DNA of 64,000 bases from an uncultured Gammaproteobacteria bacterium (GTDB lineage: Bacteria; Pseudomonadota; Gammaproteobacteria; Steroidobacterales; UBA11654): the NCBI GenBank assembly GCA_902595845.1, contig CACJRN010000001.1, positions 19,111 to 83,110 on the forward strand, written 5' to 3'. Below the pieces are notes generated by a model. The model searched no databases. It was not told the DNA's origin and saw only the letters and a list, made by a program, of their open reading frames with translations. Shown here piece by piece: positions 1 through 10,300 of this stretch. A program made the position numbers and the translations under genes. How positions within the stretch are numbered: position 1 is the first letter of the stretch; each line of letters begins with the position of its first letter.

Positions 1-666
1 CTTTGGTTTTGGCATAGATCAATAATTTTTGTAGGTCCAGGTCTCTCAACATTGCTAGCCAATCTTCAGGTTTTGATTCTACCATTTCTTGCATTAATTT
101 TTTTTAAGCAGCCAGCTAATAGATTTCAAATTATTTCAGTATTTATAGGATTAATCGGATTATTCCTTATAACATCTGATAATTGGATTATTGCTCCTGA
201 TACATACAAAATTGGGATATTTTTTGGCGTTCTAACCGGCTTTTCTTATGCTGGATATTTAATTTCTATGAAATTTTCTAGCTTCTCAAATAAAGATTTA
301 TCAACACCAGTATTCAATCTTCTCATAATTTCTGTCATCTCATCTTTATTCCTGATTGCAATTATAGGTCTAGAGAAAGAATCCCTTGTAATTGATAACT
401 CCAGAGATTTCATGCTCTTATTATGTTATGGTTTTTTGTCACATGTTGTCGGGTGGTATTTCATACTATCTGGACTTGAAACAATATCAGCTGTCACAAC
501 TGGACTAATATTGCTATCCCAACCAATATTTTCTTATTTTTGGGATGTTATCCTTTTCGAAAAGGATATTTTAACAAGGGAATATTTTGGAATATTTATA
601 ATTTTATTAGCTATGATTATATGTATATCCAGTGAGAAGTATTCAGAAAATAGGGTTTCAAATTAA
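1..666 (+). CDS. EamA/DMT-family membrane transporter, 5'-truncated by window edge
   Basis: Frame 1 is open from nt 1, so the listed ORF start at 52 is only an internal TTG. The product is a series of hydrophobic helices typical of DMT/EamA permeases. Stop TAA 664-666 overlaps the plsY ATG (TAATG). Confidence 0.6.
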   Translation, partial: LWFWHRSIIFVGPGLSTLLANLQVLILPFLALIFFKQPANRFQIISVFIGLIGLFLITSDNWIIAPDTYKIGIFFGVLTGFSYAGYLISMKFSSFSNKDLSTPVFNLLIISVISSLFLIAIIGLEKESLVIDNSRDFMLLLCYGFLSHVVGWYFILSGLETISAVTTGLILLSQPIFSYFWDVILFEKDILTREYFGIFIILLAMIICISSEKYSENRVSN

Positions 667-1274
667 TGTTACATCTCGGAATTATATTTCTAACAACATA
701 TCTTGTGGGCTCAATTAATTTTGGTCTCATCCTCGGTTACATTCAGGGCCTTGATCTAAGAAGCCAAGGGAGTGGCAATGCAGGTGCGACAAATGCTTTG
801 AGGATCTTGGGAGCAAGGTCAGGCATATTTGTTTTCTTTGGCGACGCTTTGAAAGGTTATTTTGCCTTATATCTATGTGAATCGATTGTTTCCCAATCAG
901 AAGTTCTTTTATTTTCGTCAAGTGACTATCTTTTTCTCTCATTGATTTTTGCATTAATCGGTCATTGTTATCCAATTTGGTTTAATTTTAGGGGAGGAAA
1001 AGGAGCGGCCACTGCTTTGGGTGCATTTTTATTTATTGATCCCTACTTTATTTTATTCCCGGTTATAGGTTTTTTATTTGCGTTCTTGGCCAGTCGTTTT
1101 GTCGGGTTATCGACAATTTCTGCTTTTTTTATATTTTTTTTGCAAACTTTTTTTATAGATCATGGAATACATCATAATCTTCATGCGTTTTCTCTATTGA
1201 TATTTATTTTCATTCTTTATACCCATCGATCAAATATTGAGTCTATGTATAAAGGCACCGAAGCCAAGCTCTGA
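666..1274 (+). CDS. plsY: Glycerol-3-phosphate acyltransferase PlsY
   Basis: Polytopic 202-aa protein with the PlsY signature GSGNAGATNALR near the N-terminus and a later GGKG motif. Confidence 0.9.
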   Translation: MLHLGIIFLTTYLVGSINFGLILGYIQGLDLRSQGSGNAGATNALRILGARSGIFVFFGDALKGYFALYLCESIVSQSEVLLFSSSDYLFLSLIFALIGHCYPIWFNFRGGKGAATALGAFLFIDPYFILFPVIGFLFAFLASRFVGLSTISAFFIFFLQTFFIDHGIHHNLHAFSLLIFIFILYTHRSNIESMYKGTEAKL

Positions 1275-1276
1275 AA

Positions 1277-2242
1277 ATGCTTCAAAATTGCGATTTACTT
1301 AAGATTATCAAAGGAAATCACGAATCAAAGATTTCACATCATGAGATTGAGAAAGTGATTGGAACCACTATTTCAACTGAAAATGCAATTGAATTATTCG
1401 AATCAATTGGTATCACAATCACTCAATACGGAGATTCATATGAATTTAGAGAGGTTGATTTTCTTAATGAAGAATTGATCAAGAAAGAAATTGATCAAAT
1501 AGAGGATTCTGAAAACATTAAACTTTCAGTTGAGCAAATCATTGAGACTACCAGCAGGTATTTCAGTCAGAAGGATATAGAAAAATATGAATATTCGGTA
1601 TGTTTTGCAGATTTTCAAACACAAGGAAGGGGCAGGGGGAGTAACCAATGGCTGTCACCTTATGGTTCTGGTATTTGCTTCTCAGTTATTGGCTCCTTGT
1701 TTAGTGAATACTCACCACTTGGACTAAGTATTTATTGTGGCATTATAATTTCAAGAACTTTAAGAGATTTGGGTTATTCAGGTGCCTCACTCAAATGGCC
1801 CAATGATTTGTTGCATGGCGGCAAAAAACTAGGTGGTATTTTGGTTGAGTTGACCAGCCAGTCTCAAGACTATTATTCATTCAATATAGGCGTTGGTATT
1901 AACTACGATATTGGGTCAGATTTGAATTCAATGGCTGAGAATCTGTTTCCTCCAACCGATCTATTGAAGATCAACCATGATCTTTCTCTTTGCAGAAGTG
2001 AAATGTCTGGAATTCTAGCAAGGACAGTCATTGAATCACTTAAAAAATTTAATCAGAGATCAATACAAAGCGCCTTTAAATTTTGGCCTGAATACGATGC
2101 TTTGTTTGAAAAAGAGGTCAAGATTATCGAAGAAAATGACATCTTAGAAGGCAAGAATATTGGCATTGATCACACTGGTGCACTCTTATTGGATGATAAT
2201 GGAGTCATTAAGAAGGTTTATAATGGCCATTTAGTCATCTAG
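1277..2242 (+). CDS. birA: Biotin-[acetyl-CoA-carboxylase] ligase, probably the bifunctional BirA repressor form
   Basis: Contains the GRGRGSNQW biotin-binding loop and the KWPNDL...KKLGGILVE motif. About 60 N-terminal residues look HTH-like. It occupies the E. coli birA position upstream of the thrU-tufB cluster. Confidence 0.85.
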   Translation: MLQNCDLLKIIKGNHESKISHHEIEKVIGTTISTENAIELFESIGITITQYGDSYEFREVDFLNEELIKKEIDQIEDSENIKLSVEQIIETTSRYFSQKDIEKYEYSVCFADFQTQGRGRGSNQWLSPYGSGICFSVIGSLFSEYSPLGLSIYCGIIISRTLRDLGYSGASLKWPNDLLHGGKKLGGILVELTSQSQDYYSFNIGVGINYDIGSDLNSMAENLFPPTDLLKINHDLSLCRSEMSGILARTVIESLKKFNQRSIQSAFKFWPEYDALFEKEVKIIEENDILEGKNIGIDHTGALLLDDNGVIKKVYNGHLVI

Positions 2243-2246
2243 AAAG

Positions 2247-2275
2247 CTTTCATTCATCGATAAAATGTTTATAAT
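2247..2275 (+). promoter_or_regulatory. Candidate sigma70 promoter for the tRNA-tuf operon
   Basis: Perfect TATAAT at 2270-2275, 38 nt upstream of tRNA-Thr. The -35 is weak (ctttca/tttcat) at 16-17 nt spacing. Confidence 0.35.
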
Positions 2276-2312
2276 TCACGAAATTTATCAAGGTGATTGA
2301 ACTAGTTTTGTT

Positions 2313-2388
2313 GCCGGAATAGCTCAATTGGCAGAGCAACTGATTTGTAATCAGTAGGTTGGGGGTTCAATTCCCTCTTCCGGCACCA
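2313..2388 (+). tRNA. thrU: tRNA-Thr (anticodon UGU)
   Basis: Acceptor gccggaa/ttccggc. Anticodon stem actga/tcagt with loop tttgtaa. T-loop ggttcaattcc, and CCA is encoded. First gene of the E. coli-like thrU-tyrU-glyT-thrT order. Confidence 0.93.
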
Positions 2389-2409
2389 CAAAATTAATTG
2401 AAAATCTTG

Positions 2410-2438
2410 TTGACACCTATACTCCACAAAAAGAGAAT
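2410..2438 (+). promoter_or_regulatory. Candidate internal promoter ahead of tRNA-Tyr
   Basis: Perfect TTGACA (2410-2415), a 17-nt spacer, then GAGAAT (2433-2438). A GC-rich stretch (gtccgcgg) follows, directly before tRNA-Tyr. Confidence 0.35.
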
Positions 2439-2454
2439 AGTGGGTCATGTCCGC

Positions 2455-2539
2455 GGAGGGGTACCCAAGCGGTCAACGGGGGCAGACTGTAAATCTGCTG
2501 GCTTAGCCTTCGTAGGTTCGAATCCTACCCCCTCCACCA
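2455..2539 (+). tRNA. tyrU: tRNA-Tyr (anticodon GUA), long variable arm
   Basis: Acceptor ggagggg/cccctcc, anticodon loop ctgtaaa, long extra arm, T-arm gtagg-ttcgaat-cctac, CCA encoded. Confidence 0.93.
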
Positions 2540-2650
2540 CTGTAAATACAGGGGTTTGAGAGGTAGAAAGGACTGAGCAATTGGTATAAAGATTAGAAAA
2601 AATGAAAAGTTTAATAAAAATAAATTCGGGTTGTTCCGCATCAAACTTGC

Positions 2651-2724
<74 letters not shown>

Positions 2725-2741
2725 ATTCAATTCGGATGTGC

Positions 2742-2818
<77 letters not shown>

Positions 2819-2875
2819 CCGAACTAGTTTTTCAATCAATTTAATATATATAGTTTTTCTAAAAGGGAGTTAAAT

Positions 2876-4066
2876 ATGGCCAAGGAAAAATTTGAACGTA
2901 ACAAACCGCATGTGAATGTGGGTACTATCGGTCACGTTGACCATGGTAAAACCACATTGACCGCTGCATTAACTAAAACTATGGCAGCTAAATTTGGCGG
3001 CGATGCTTCAGCTTTCGAGGACATTGATAATGCTCCTGAAGAAAGAGAAAGAGGTATTACAATTGCCACTGCACACGTTGAATACGAGAGTGAAGGGAGA
3101 CACTACGCACACGTAGATTGTCCTGGACACGCTGATTATGTTAAAAACATGATCACAGGTGCTGCACAAATGGATGGAGCTATTTTAGTTGTATCCGCTG
3201 CAGATGGTCCTATGCCTCAGACCAGAGAGCACATACTTCTTGCAAGAAATGTAGGCGTTCCTAATATCGTTGTATTTCTAAACAAAGCCGATCAGGTTGA
3301 TGATGCTGAATTGGTTGAGCTTGTTGAAATGGAAGTCAGAGAATTGCTATCAATGTATGACTTTGATGGAGACAATATTCCTATTATTTCTGGAAGCGCG
3401 CTTAAAGCACTTGAGGGAGATGACAGTGAGATTGGTGCCCAAGCAGTTGAAAAACTGGTTGCAACAATGGATGAATATTTCCCTGAGCCTGAAAGAGCAA
3501 TCGATGGTGATTTCTTAATGCCAATTGAAGATGTATTCTCAATTGAAGGAAGAGGAACGGTTGTAACAGGTCGAGTTGAGAGAGGAGTTATTAATGTCAA
3601 TGACGAGATAGAAATCGTTGGTATTAAGGATACTCAAAAAACAACTTGTACTGGCGTGGAAATGTTCAGAAAGCTTCTTGATCAAGGTCAAGCAGGTGAC
3701 AATGTTGGTGTTCTTCTCAGAGGTACGAAAAGAGAGGAAGTTGATCGTGGACAAGTATTAGCGAAGCCAGGAAGTATCACACCTCATGTTAAGTTTGAGG
3801 CTGATATGTATGCTTTGACTAAAGAAGAGGGCGGAAGACATAAGCCTTTCTTCAATGGTTACAGACCTCAATTCTACTTTAGAACCACTGATGTTACTGG
3901 TGCTGTTACATTAGCTGAAGGTACTGAAATGGTTATGCCGGGGGATGATACACACATCACTGTTGAATTGATCGCACCTATCGCAATGGAAGAATCACTT
4001 AGATTCTCAATTCGTGAAGGTGGTAGAACAGTTGGTTCAGGCGTAGTCACAAAAATAATTGAATAA
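2876..4066 (+). CDS. tuf: Elongation factor Tu
   Basis: 396 aa with [14 protein letters not shown] and NKAD G-motifs. GGGAG Shine-Dalgarno sequence upstream. Sits in the tufB-like position after thrT. Confidence 0.98.
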   Translation: MAKEKFERNKPHVNVGTIGHVDHGKTTLTAALTKTMAAKFGGDASAFEDIDNAPEERERGITIATAHVEYESEGRHYAHVDCPGHADYVKNMITGAAQMDGAILVVSAADGPMPQTREHILLARNVGVPNIVVFLNKADQVDDAELVELVEMEVRELLSMYDFDGDNIPIISGSALKALEGDDSEIGAQAVEKLVATMDEYFPEPERAIDGDFLMPIEDVFSIEGRGTVVTGRVERGVINVNDEIEIVGIKDTQKTTCTGVEMFRKLLDQGQAGDNVGVLLRGTKREEVDRGQVLAKPGSITPHVKFEADMYALTKEEGGRHKPFFNGYRPQFYFRTTDVTGAVTLAEGTEMVMPGDDTHITVELIAPIAMEESLRFSIREGGRTVGSGVVTKIIE

Positions 4067-4071
4067 CTTAT

Positions 4072-4147
4072 AGGCCAGTAGCTCAACTGGTAGAGCGGCG
4101 GTCTCCAAAACCGCAGGTTGGGGGTTCAAGTCCCTCCTGGCCTGCCA
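4072..4147 (+). tRNA. trpT: tRNA-Trp (anticodon CCA)
   Basis: Acceptor aggccag/ctggcct, anticodon loop ctccaaa, T-loop ggttcaagtcc, CCA encoded. Lies between tuf and secE, as in many bacteria. Confidence 0.92.
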
Positions 4148-4150
4148 GTG

Positions 4151-4531
4151 ATGGATGTCATAGTGATTGAAAGTAATAAAGAAATAAGTCAAGGATCAGA
4201 GATCCTCAAGTTGATGGCCTCACTAGCCATCTTACTTGGATCTATCTATGTGTTTTACACATATTCTGATCTATCGGTTCTTATTCGAACACTTTTGATT
4301 ATATTTTCAGTTGTTGTAGCAACATTCATTTTCTTTACTACTCATAGGGGTTCTATCTTTTGGAGCTTCCTACAAGGCTCACGAGTCGAGATGAGAAAAG
4401 TTGTTTGGCCTACTAAAGAAGAAACATTACAGACAGCATTAACTGTTTTTATCTTTGTTCTAATACTCGGAATCTTTTTCTGGTTATTGGACTTCCTGCT
4501 TTTGTTTGTCACTAATTTTATTAGAGGGTAA
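4151..4531 (+). CDS. secE: Preprotein translocase subunit SecE
   Basis: The listed ORF (4118) overlaps tRNA-Trp. The in-frame ATG at 4151 gives a 126-aa, 3-TM protein with the conserved C-terminal VEMRKVVWPTKEE...TM segment. Confidence 0.88.
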   Translation: MDVIVIESNKEISQGSEILKLMASLAILLGSIYVFYTYSDLSVLIRTLLIIFSVVVATFIFFTTHRGSIFWSFLQGSRVEMRKVVWPTKEETLQTALTVFIFVLILGIFFWLLDFLLLFVTNFIRG

Positions 4532-4538
4532 TTTTGAT

Positions 4539-5072
4539 ATGGAACATCAATGGTATGTACTTCAGGTATTCTCTAACTTTGAACATAAAGTTCAAAGGAC
4601 TTTGACTGATCGTATTGAAATTACAGGCCTTCAATCTGATATCACGGATGTGGTTGTTCCAATAGAAGAGGTTGTAGAGCTCAAAGGTGGCGAAAAGAAA
4701 ACCACGGAAAGAAAGTTCTTCCCAGGGTATGTGCTTATCAGAATGATTATGAATGATGAAACATGGCACTTTGTGAAGTCTATACCCAACGTAATGGGAT
4801 TCATAGGAGGTACCAGCGAAAAACCAACTCCAATAACTGAAAATGAGGCTATGAATATTCTTAATAGAGTAGAAGACTCAGCTGATATGCCCAAACCAAA
4901 AATTACATTTCAGCCTGGAGAAGTCGTCAGAGTTATTGATGGCCCATTTAATGACTTCAGTGGTGTTGTTGAAAATGTGAATTATGAAAAAAGTAAATTG
5001 AGTGTCGCAGTTCAAATTCTTGGAAGACCTACTCCGGTCGATTTAAATTTTAATCAAGTAGAAAAATCATAA
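4539..5072 (+). CDS. nusG: Transcription termination/antitermination factor NusG
   Basis: The internal ATG at 4539 gives MEHQWYVLQV..., the canonical NusG N-terminus. NGN plus KOW layout (GEVVRVIDGPFNDFSG). Confidence 0.93.
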   Translation: MEHQWYVLQVFSNFEHKVQRTLTDRIEITGLQSDITDVVVPIEEVVELKGGEKKTTERKFFPGYVLIRMIMNDETWHFVKSIPNVMGFIGGTSEKPTPITENEAMNILNRVEDSADMPKPKITFQPGEVVRVIDGPFNDFSGVVENVNYEKSKLSVAVQILGRPTPVDLNFNQVEKS

Positions 5073-5078
5073 AGAATC

Positions 5079-5513
5079 ATGGCTAAAAAAGAAAAGAAAG
5101 TTGAAAACATCGTAAAATTGCAAATCCCAGCTGGACAAGCTAATCCAAGCCCTCCTGTCGGACCGGCGCTTGGTCAAGCAGGTCTCAATATCATGGATTT
5201 TTGTAATGCATTTAATTCGCAGACAGCTAATTCTGAACCAGGTGTCCTTATACCGGTTGTGATTTCTGTCTATAAGGATAAGTCTTTTACATTCATTACA
5301 AAGTCACCGCCTGCATCAACATTGTTGAAAAAAGCTGCTGGTGTAAATAAGGGTAGTGGCACACCTAATACTGAAAAAGTTGGAAAAGTTACAAAGAAAC
5401 AAATACAAGAAATTATAGAAATTAAAGGAAATGACTTAAATGCAGTTGACGACGAGGCAGCATTTAATATAATCGCGGGCACCGCAAAAAGTATGGGGCT
5501 GGAAGTAGATTAA
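5079..5513 (+). CDS. rplK: 50S ribosomal protein L11
   Basis: 144 aa with [17 protein letters not shown] motif. Only 6 nt after nusG. Confidence 0.97.
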   Translation: MAKKEKKVENIVKLQIPAGQANPSPPVGPALGQAGLNIMDFCNAFNSQTANSEPGVLIPVVISVYKDKSFTFITKSPPASTLLKKAAGVNKGSGTPNTEKVGKVTKKQIQEIIEIKGNDLNAVDDEAAFNIIAGTAKSMGLEVD

Positions 5514-5527
5514 TTTTTGAGTTCAAA

Positions 5528-6208
5528 ATGGGTATTTCAAAAAGACATAGAGAGAATAGGGAAGTAGTTGATAGTGAGGCTAGGTATGAGCTTTCTCAGG
5601 CAATATCAATTCTTCAAAATTCTAAGAAAACGAAGTTCGAAGAAAGTGTTGATGTTGCAATCAATCTTGGAATAGATCCGAAGCAAACTGATCAAAATAT
5701 TAGAGGGTCTGCTGCACTTCCTAACGGAACAGGAAAGACTCTAAGAATTGCAGTTTTCGCAGAAGGTGATGAAGCAACAGAGGCGAAAGAAGCGGGAGCA
5801 GATAAAATAGGAATGGATGATCTTGCAGAAGAAGTGAAATCAGGAAACATGGATTTTGATATGGTCATTGCTACACCATCAAGCATGAAGCTTGTAGGCC
5901 AACTTGGTCAAATATTAGGTCCAAAGGGCTTAATGCCTAATCCTAAAGATGGAACCGTTACAAAAAATGTTAAAGATGCCGTAACCAATGCCAAGAAAGG
6001 TCAAGCCATGTATAGAAATGATAAGGCTGGGATTATTCACTGCTCAATTGGCAAGGTCGGTTTTAAAAGTGAAGAAATTCAAGAAAACTTCAATGCGCTT
6101 ATCGATGACATTAAAAAATCAAGACCTTCATCCGCCAAAGGAGTTTTTATTAAGACAATCACCATGAGCTCAACTATGGGGCCAGGAATTAAAATTAAAG
6201 AGTCGTAA
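5528..6208 (+). CDS. rplA: 50S ribosomal protein L1
   Basis: 226 aa, L1-like throughout (GKTLRIAVFA..., LGPKGLMPNPK). Confidence 0.96.
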   Translation: MGISKRHRENREVVDSEARYELSQAISILQNSKKTKFEESVDVAINLGIDPKQTDQNIRGSAALPNGTGKTLRIAVFAEGDEATEAKEAGADKIGMDDLAEEVKSGNMDFDMVIATPSSMKLVGQLGQILGPKGLMPNPKDGTVTKNVKDAVTNAKKGQAMYRNDKAGIIHCSIGKVGFKSEEIQENFNALIDDIKKSRPSSAKGVFIKTITMSSTMGPGIKIKES

Positions 6209-6221
6209 GAAGTATCTAGAT

Positions 6222-6752
6222 ATGCCATTGAATATTGAACAAAAGAAGGAAGTAGTAAAAGAGCTGAATATCTTTGCTAGTGAATCAGTCTCTGGCGCGA
6301 TTGCAGAATACAGTGGTCTCAGCGTTCAAGATATGTTAGTTCTGCGCAATAAAGCAAGAGAATCTGGCGTTTATCTAAAAGTGGTCAAAAATACTCTTTC
6401 TAAGCGTGCATTTGAAGAAACAGATTTTAAATGTCTTGTGGATGATTTAAATGGGCCGATTATTATTGCATTATCAAAAGAAGATCTTGCATCACCAGCA
6501 AGATTATTTAATGACTTTTCAAAAGACAACGAGAAGCTTAAAACGGTTGGATTAGCTATCAATGGAGAGGCATTTCCTGCATCAGACATAGATAGAATTT
6601 CTAAATTACCGACCAAAGATGAGGCTTACTCAATGTTGCTCGGATTAATGAAAGCACCAATAGAGAAAGCGGTGAGTTTGATGAATGAAATCCCAACCAA
6701 GCTTGTCAGAGTTGTTAATGCTCAAAAAGATAAGCAAGAAGAGGTTTCTTAA
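6222..6752 (+). CDS. rplJ: 50S ribosomal protein L10
   Basis: 176 aa, at the conserved position between rplA and rplL. Only 13 nt after rplA. Confidence 0.93.
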   Translation: MPLNIEQKKEVVKELNIFASESVSGAIAEYSGLSVQDMLVLRNKARESGVYLKVVKNTLSKRAFEETDFKCLVDDLNGPIIIALSKEDLASPARLFNDFSKDNEKLKTVGLAINGEAFPASDIDRISKLPTKDEAYSMLLGLMKAPIEKAVSLMNEIPTKLVRVVNAQKDKQEEVS

Positions 6753-6813
6753 TTAATTAAATTTGTATAAAATTCCCAATCCTTTTTTTGGGATGAGTGT
6801 AAGGAGATAAAAA

Positions 6814-7209
6814 ATGGCAAAAGCTAATGTAGCAAGTAAAGAGGATGTTTTAGAAGCAATATCTCAAATGTCCGTTATGGATCTTGTTGAGCTAATTTCT
6901 GAGATGGAAGAAAAGTTTGGCGTCACAGCAGCAGCACCAGTAGCTGTCGCGGCTGCCCCTGCAGCTGGCGATTCAGCTGAAGCAGCAGGAGAAGAGCAAT
7001 CAGAATTTGAAGTTGTTCTTGCAGGAGCGGGTGATAATAAGATTGCTGTTATTAAAGCAGTTAGAGCTATCACTGGATTAGGGCTTAAAGATGCTAAGGA
7101 CCTAGTTGAAGGAGCTCCTAAGCCACTTAAAGACTCTGTATCAAAAGATGAAGCAGAAGAGATGAAGAAGCAGCTTGAGGAAGCAGGCGCTTCAGTCGAA
7201 TTAAAGTAA
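6814..7209 (+). CDS. rplL: 50S ribosomal protein L7/L12
   Basis: 131 aa with an Ala/Pro-rich hinge and the conserved C-terminal domain ([24 protein letters not shown]). AGGAG Shine-Dalgarno sequence upstream. Confidence 0.97.
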   Translation: MAKANVASKEDVLEAISQMSVMDLVELISEMEEKFGVTAAAPVAVAAAPAAGDSAEAAGEEQSEFEVVLAGAGDNKIAVIKAVRAITGLGLKDAKDLVEGAPKPLKDSVSKDEAEEMKKQLEEAGASVELK

Positions 7210-7258
7210 TTCAATAATCTCTCTGTTTTTAATGCTAGCTAATTAAATTTATTTTAAC

Positions 7259-7292
7259 CCGAGTCAATCTTAGCGATTGACTTGGCTTTTTT
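7259..7292 (+). terminator. rplL-rpoB intercistronic hairpin plus U-tract (attenuator-type intrinsic terminator)
   Basis: ccgagtcaatc (7259-7269) pairs with gattgacttgg (7275-7285) with one G-U pair and loop ttagc. A T6 run follows at 7287-7292. Same location as the E. coli rplL-rpoB attenuator. Confidence 0.7.
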
Positions 7293-7306
7293 GGGTGTTC
7301 AAAGAT

Positions 7307-10300
7307 ATGTCGTTTTCATTTACTGAGAAAAAGAGAATTAGGAAAGATTTCGGAAAGCAAAGAGCTGCTCTTGATGTTCCGGATTTATTGACCCTTCAGG
7401 TCAATTCATATGAAGCTTTCTTGCAAAGGGATATTGATCCTGAAAAAAGAGAAAATGCTGGATTACAAGCAACTTTCAATAACCTCTTCCCCATTGAAAG
7501 TTTTTCTAAGAATGCAAGATTAGAATTTGTTAGCTATAGACTTGAAGAGCCTGAATTCAGTGAGCGTGAATGTCAGCTTAGAGGATTATCATATGCTGCA
7601 CCATTAAGAGTTAAGACCAAGCTCATTACCTATGACAAGAATACAGATAAGGAAACCGTAAAAGAAGTAAAAGATATCAAGCAGACTGGTGATACCACTG
7701 ATGTTTATTTTGGTGAAATACCCTTAATGACAGAACATGGTACATTCATCATAAATGGCACCGATCGTGTAATCGTTTCTCAGCTTCACCGTTCTCCAGG
7801 GGTATTTTTCGATCATGATAAGGGAGTTCAGACTTCTGGAAAATTATTGTTTTCAGCAAGAGTTATTCCATACAGAGGGTCATGGCTAGATTTTGAGTTT
7901 GACGCAAAAGATAACATTTTTGCTCGTATCGATAGAAGGAGAAAAATACCAGCAACTATCTTACTTCATGCACTTGACTTCTCTGATCAAGATATCATCG
8001 ATATCTTCTTTGATAAGGATTCTTATCGTTTATCAAAGAAGGCTGTCGAGGTTGAAATTAATACAGACCATCTAAAGGGAACTATTGCTGAATTTGATAT
8101 TAAGTTTGGTAAGAAGCTTATTGTTAATAAAGGGAAGAGGATCAATGCACTCCATATAAAGCAAATTAAGGAATCTAGGAAGAAGTATCTAGAGATCAAT
8201 GAAAGTGACTTGATAGGAAAGGTTATTGCAGAAGAGATCATTAACAAAAAGACAGGTGAGCTCATTGCCAATGCAAATGATGAAGTTACATCTGAACTCA
8301 TTGAGGTATTAAAAGAAAATGGGGTTAAAGACATCAAAACAATCTACATCAATGATGTTGATCAAGGGCCATATATTTCAAACTCACTCAGTATCGACCC
8401 CTCATCTGATAAAGAATCAGCACTAATTGAAATTTACAGAATGATGAGGCCAGGCGAACCGCCAACAAAAGAAGCTGCAGACAATTTATTCACTAACCTT
8501 TTCTTCAATGAAGACAGATATGACCTATCAGAAGTTGGACGAATGAAGTTCAATAGAAGGGTTGGTATTGATAAAGACGTTGGCAGCTCTGTTCTATCCA
8601 AGGAAGACATAATTAATGTTCTCAAGACGCTTATAAATATAAGAAACGGCTCTGATACCGTCGACGATATCGATCATCTCGGAAATAGAAGGATCAGAAC
8701 AGTTGGAGAAATGGCTGAAAATGCTTTCAGAGTAGGATTAATTCGAGTTGAAAGAGCTGTCAGAGAGAGACTCTCGCTTGTTGAGCAAGAAGAGCTCATG
8801 CCAAGAGATTTAATCAATTCAAAACCTGTTTCAGCTGCGATCAAAGAATTTTTTGGCTCTAGTCAGCTTTCTCAATTTATGGACCAAAATAATCCTTTAT
8901 CAGAAATTGCTCACAAAAGAAGAATTTCAGCACTAGGACCTGGAGGATTAACCAGAGAAAGAGCAGGATTTGAAGTTAGAGATGTCCACCCAACACATTA
9001 CGGAAGGGTATGCCCAATTGAGACACCGGAAGGCCCAAATATTGGTCTTATTAATTCAATGGCGATCTATGCCAGAGTCAATCCATATGGTTTCCTGGAA
9101 ACGCCTTACAGAGAAGTTTCAAATGGAAAAGCCACAAACAAAATAAAATATCTTTCTGCAATTGATGAGGGGAATTATGTCATTGCACAGGCCAATACTA
9201 CACTTGATGCAAAGAATAAACTTGTCGATGAATTAATTTCTGCCAGATATCAAAATGAATTCACTCTCATGCCACCAGAATCAATCGAGTTTATGGATGT
9301 TTCTCCAAAACAGATTGTTTCTATTGCCGCATCTCTGATTCCATTTTTGGAACATGATGATGCAAATAGGGCTCTTATGGGCTCTAACATGCAACGTCAA
9401 GCAGTTCCTACTTTGCTTGCTGATAAACCACTCGTTGGAACTGGGATGGAAAGAAAAGTTGCAACTGATTCGGGTGTAACAATCGTTGCCAGAAGAGGTG
9501 GCATAGTTGATTCAGTTGATGCATCAAGAGTGGTTATTGCTGTCAATGATGATGAAGCCATTACTGGTGAGTCCGGTGTCGATATATATAACCTTACAAA
9601 ATATACTCGATCTAATCAGAATACATGCATCAATCAAAGACCTCTCGTTAAGGTGGGTGACACTATCCAAAGTGGCGATGTGATTGCAGATGGTGCATCA
9701 ACAAGTCTTGGCGAACTGGCCATTGGGCAAAATCTACTCGTAGCTTTCATGCCATGGAATGGTTTTAATTTTGAAGACTCCATACTCATTTCTGAAAGAG
9801 TTGTCCAAGAAGACAGATTTACAACTATTCACATAGAGGAATTACAGTGTATTGCAAGGGACACAAAATTAGGCTCAGAAGAAGTCACAGCAGATATTCC
9901 GAATGTTGGAGACACAGCTTTGAGGAAGCTGGATGAGTCTGGTATTGCGTACATCGGTGCTGAAGTTGTCGCAGGAGATATACTTGTAGGGAAGATAACC
10001 CCCAAGGGTGAATCTCAACTTACTCCTGAGGAAAAGCTACTTAGAGCAATCTTTGGAGAAAAGGCCTCTGATGTCAAGGATACTTCCTTAAGGGTTCCTT
10101 CTGGAATGGATGGAACTGTTATCGATGTGAGAGTTTTCTCAAGAGAAGGAGTTGATAAAGATGATCGTTCAAATGAAATTGAAGCGGCAGATATAGAATC
10201 AGTGAGGAAAGATTTGAAGGATCAGTTGAGAATAGTCGAATCAGATATCTTTAATAGACTTGAAAAGCTTTTGCTCAATAAGTCGGCAAAATCTGGACGT

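Noticed and set aside
1625-1651. The BirA biotin-binding loop reads GRGRGSNQW rather than the E. coli GRGRRGRKW.
   Set aside because: The Arg equivalent to E. coli R118 is kept. Loop variation of this kind seems within family diversity, so there is no basis for a functional claim.
4118-4150. N-terminal 11 codons of the listed secE ORF.
   Set aside because: They overlap the 3' half of tRNA-Trp. The ATG at 4151 gives a normal 126-aa SecE.
6774-6797. Small inverted repeat tcccaa/ttggga in the rplJ-rplL spacer.
   Set aside because: It has only 5-6 bp, with the T-run inside the loop rather than after the stem. That is not convincing as a terminator or operator.
6864-7214. 116-aa antisense ORF opposite rplL.
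   Set aside because: It is a mirror image of the Ala/Glu-rich L7/L12 coding sequence, is low complexity, and lies fully inside a certain gene.
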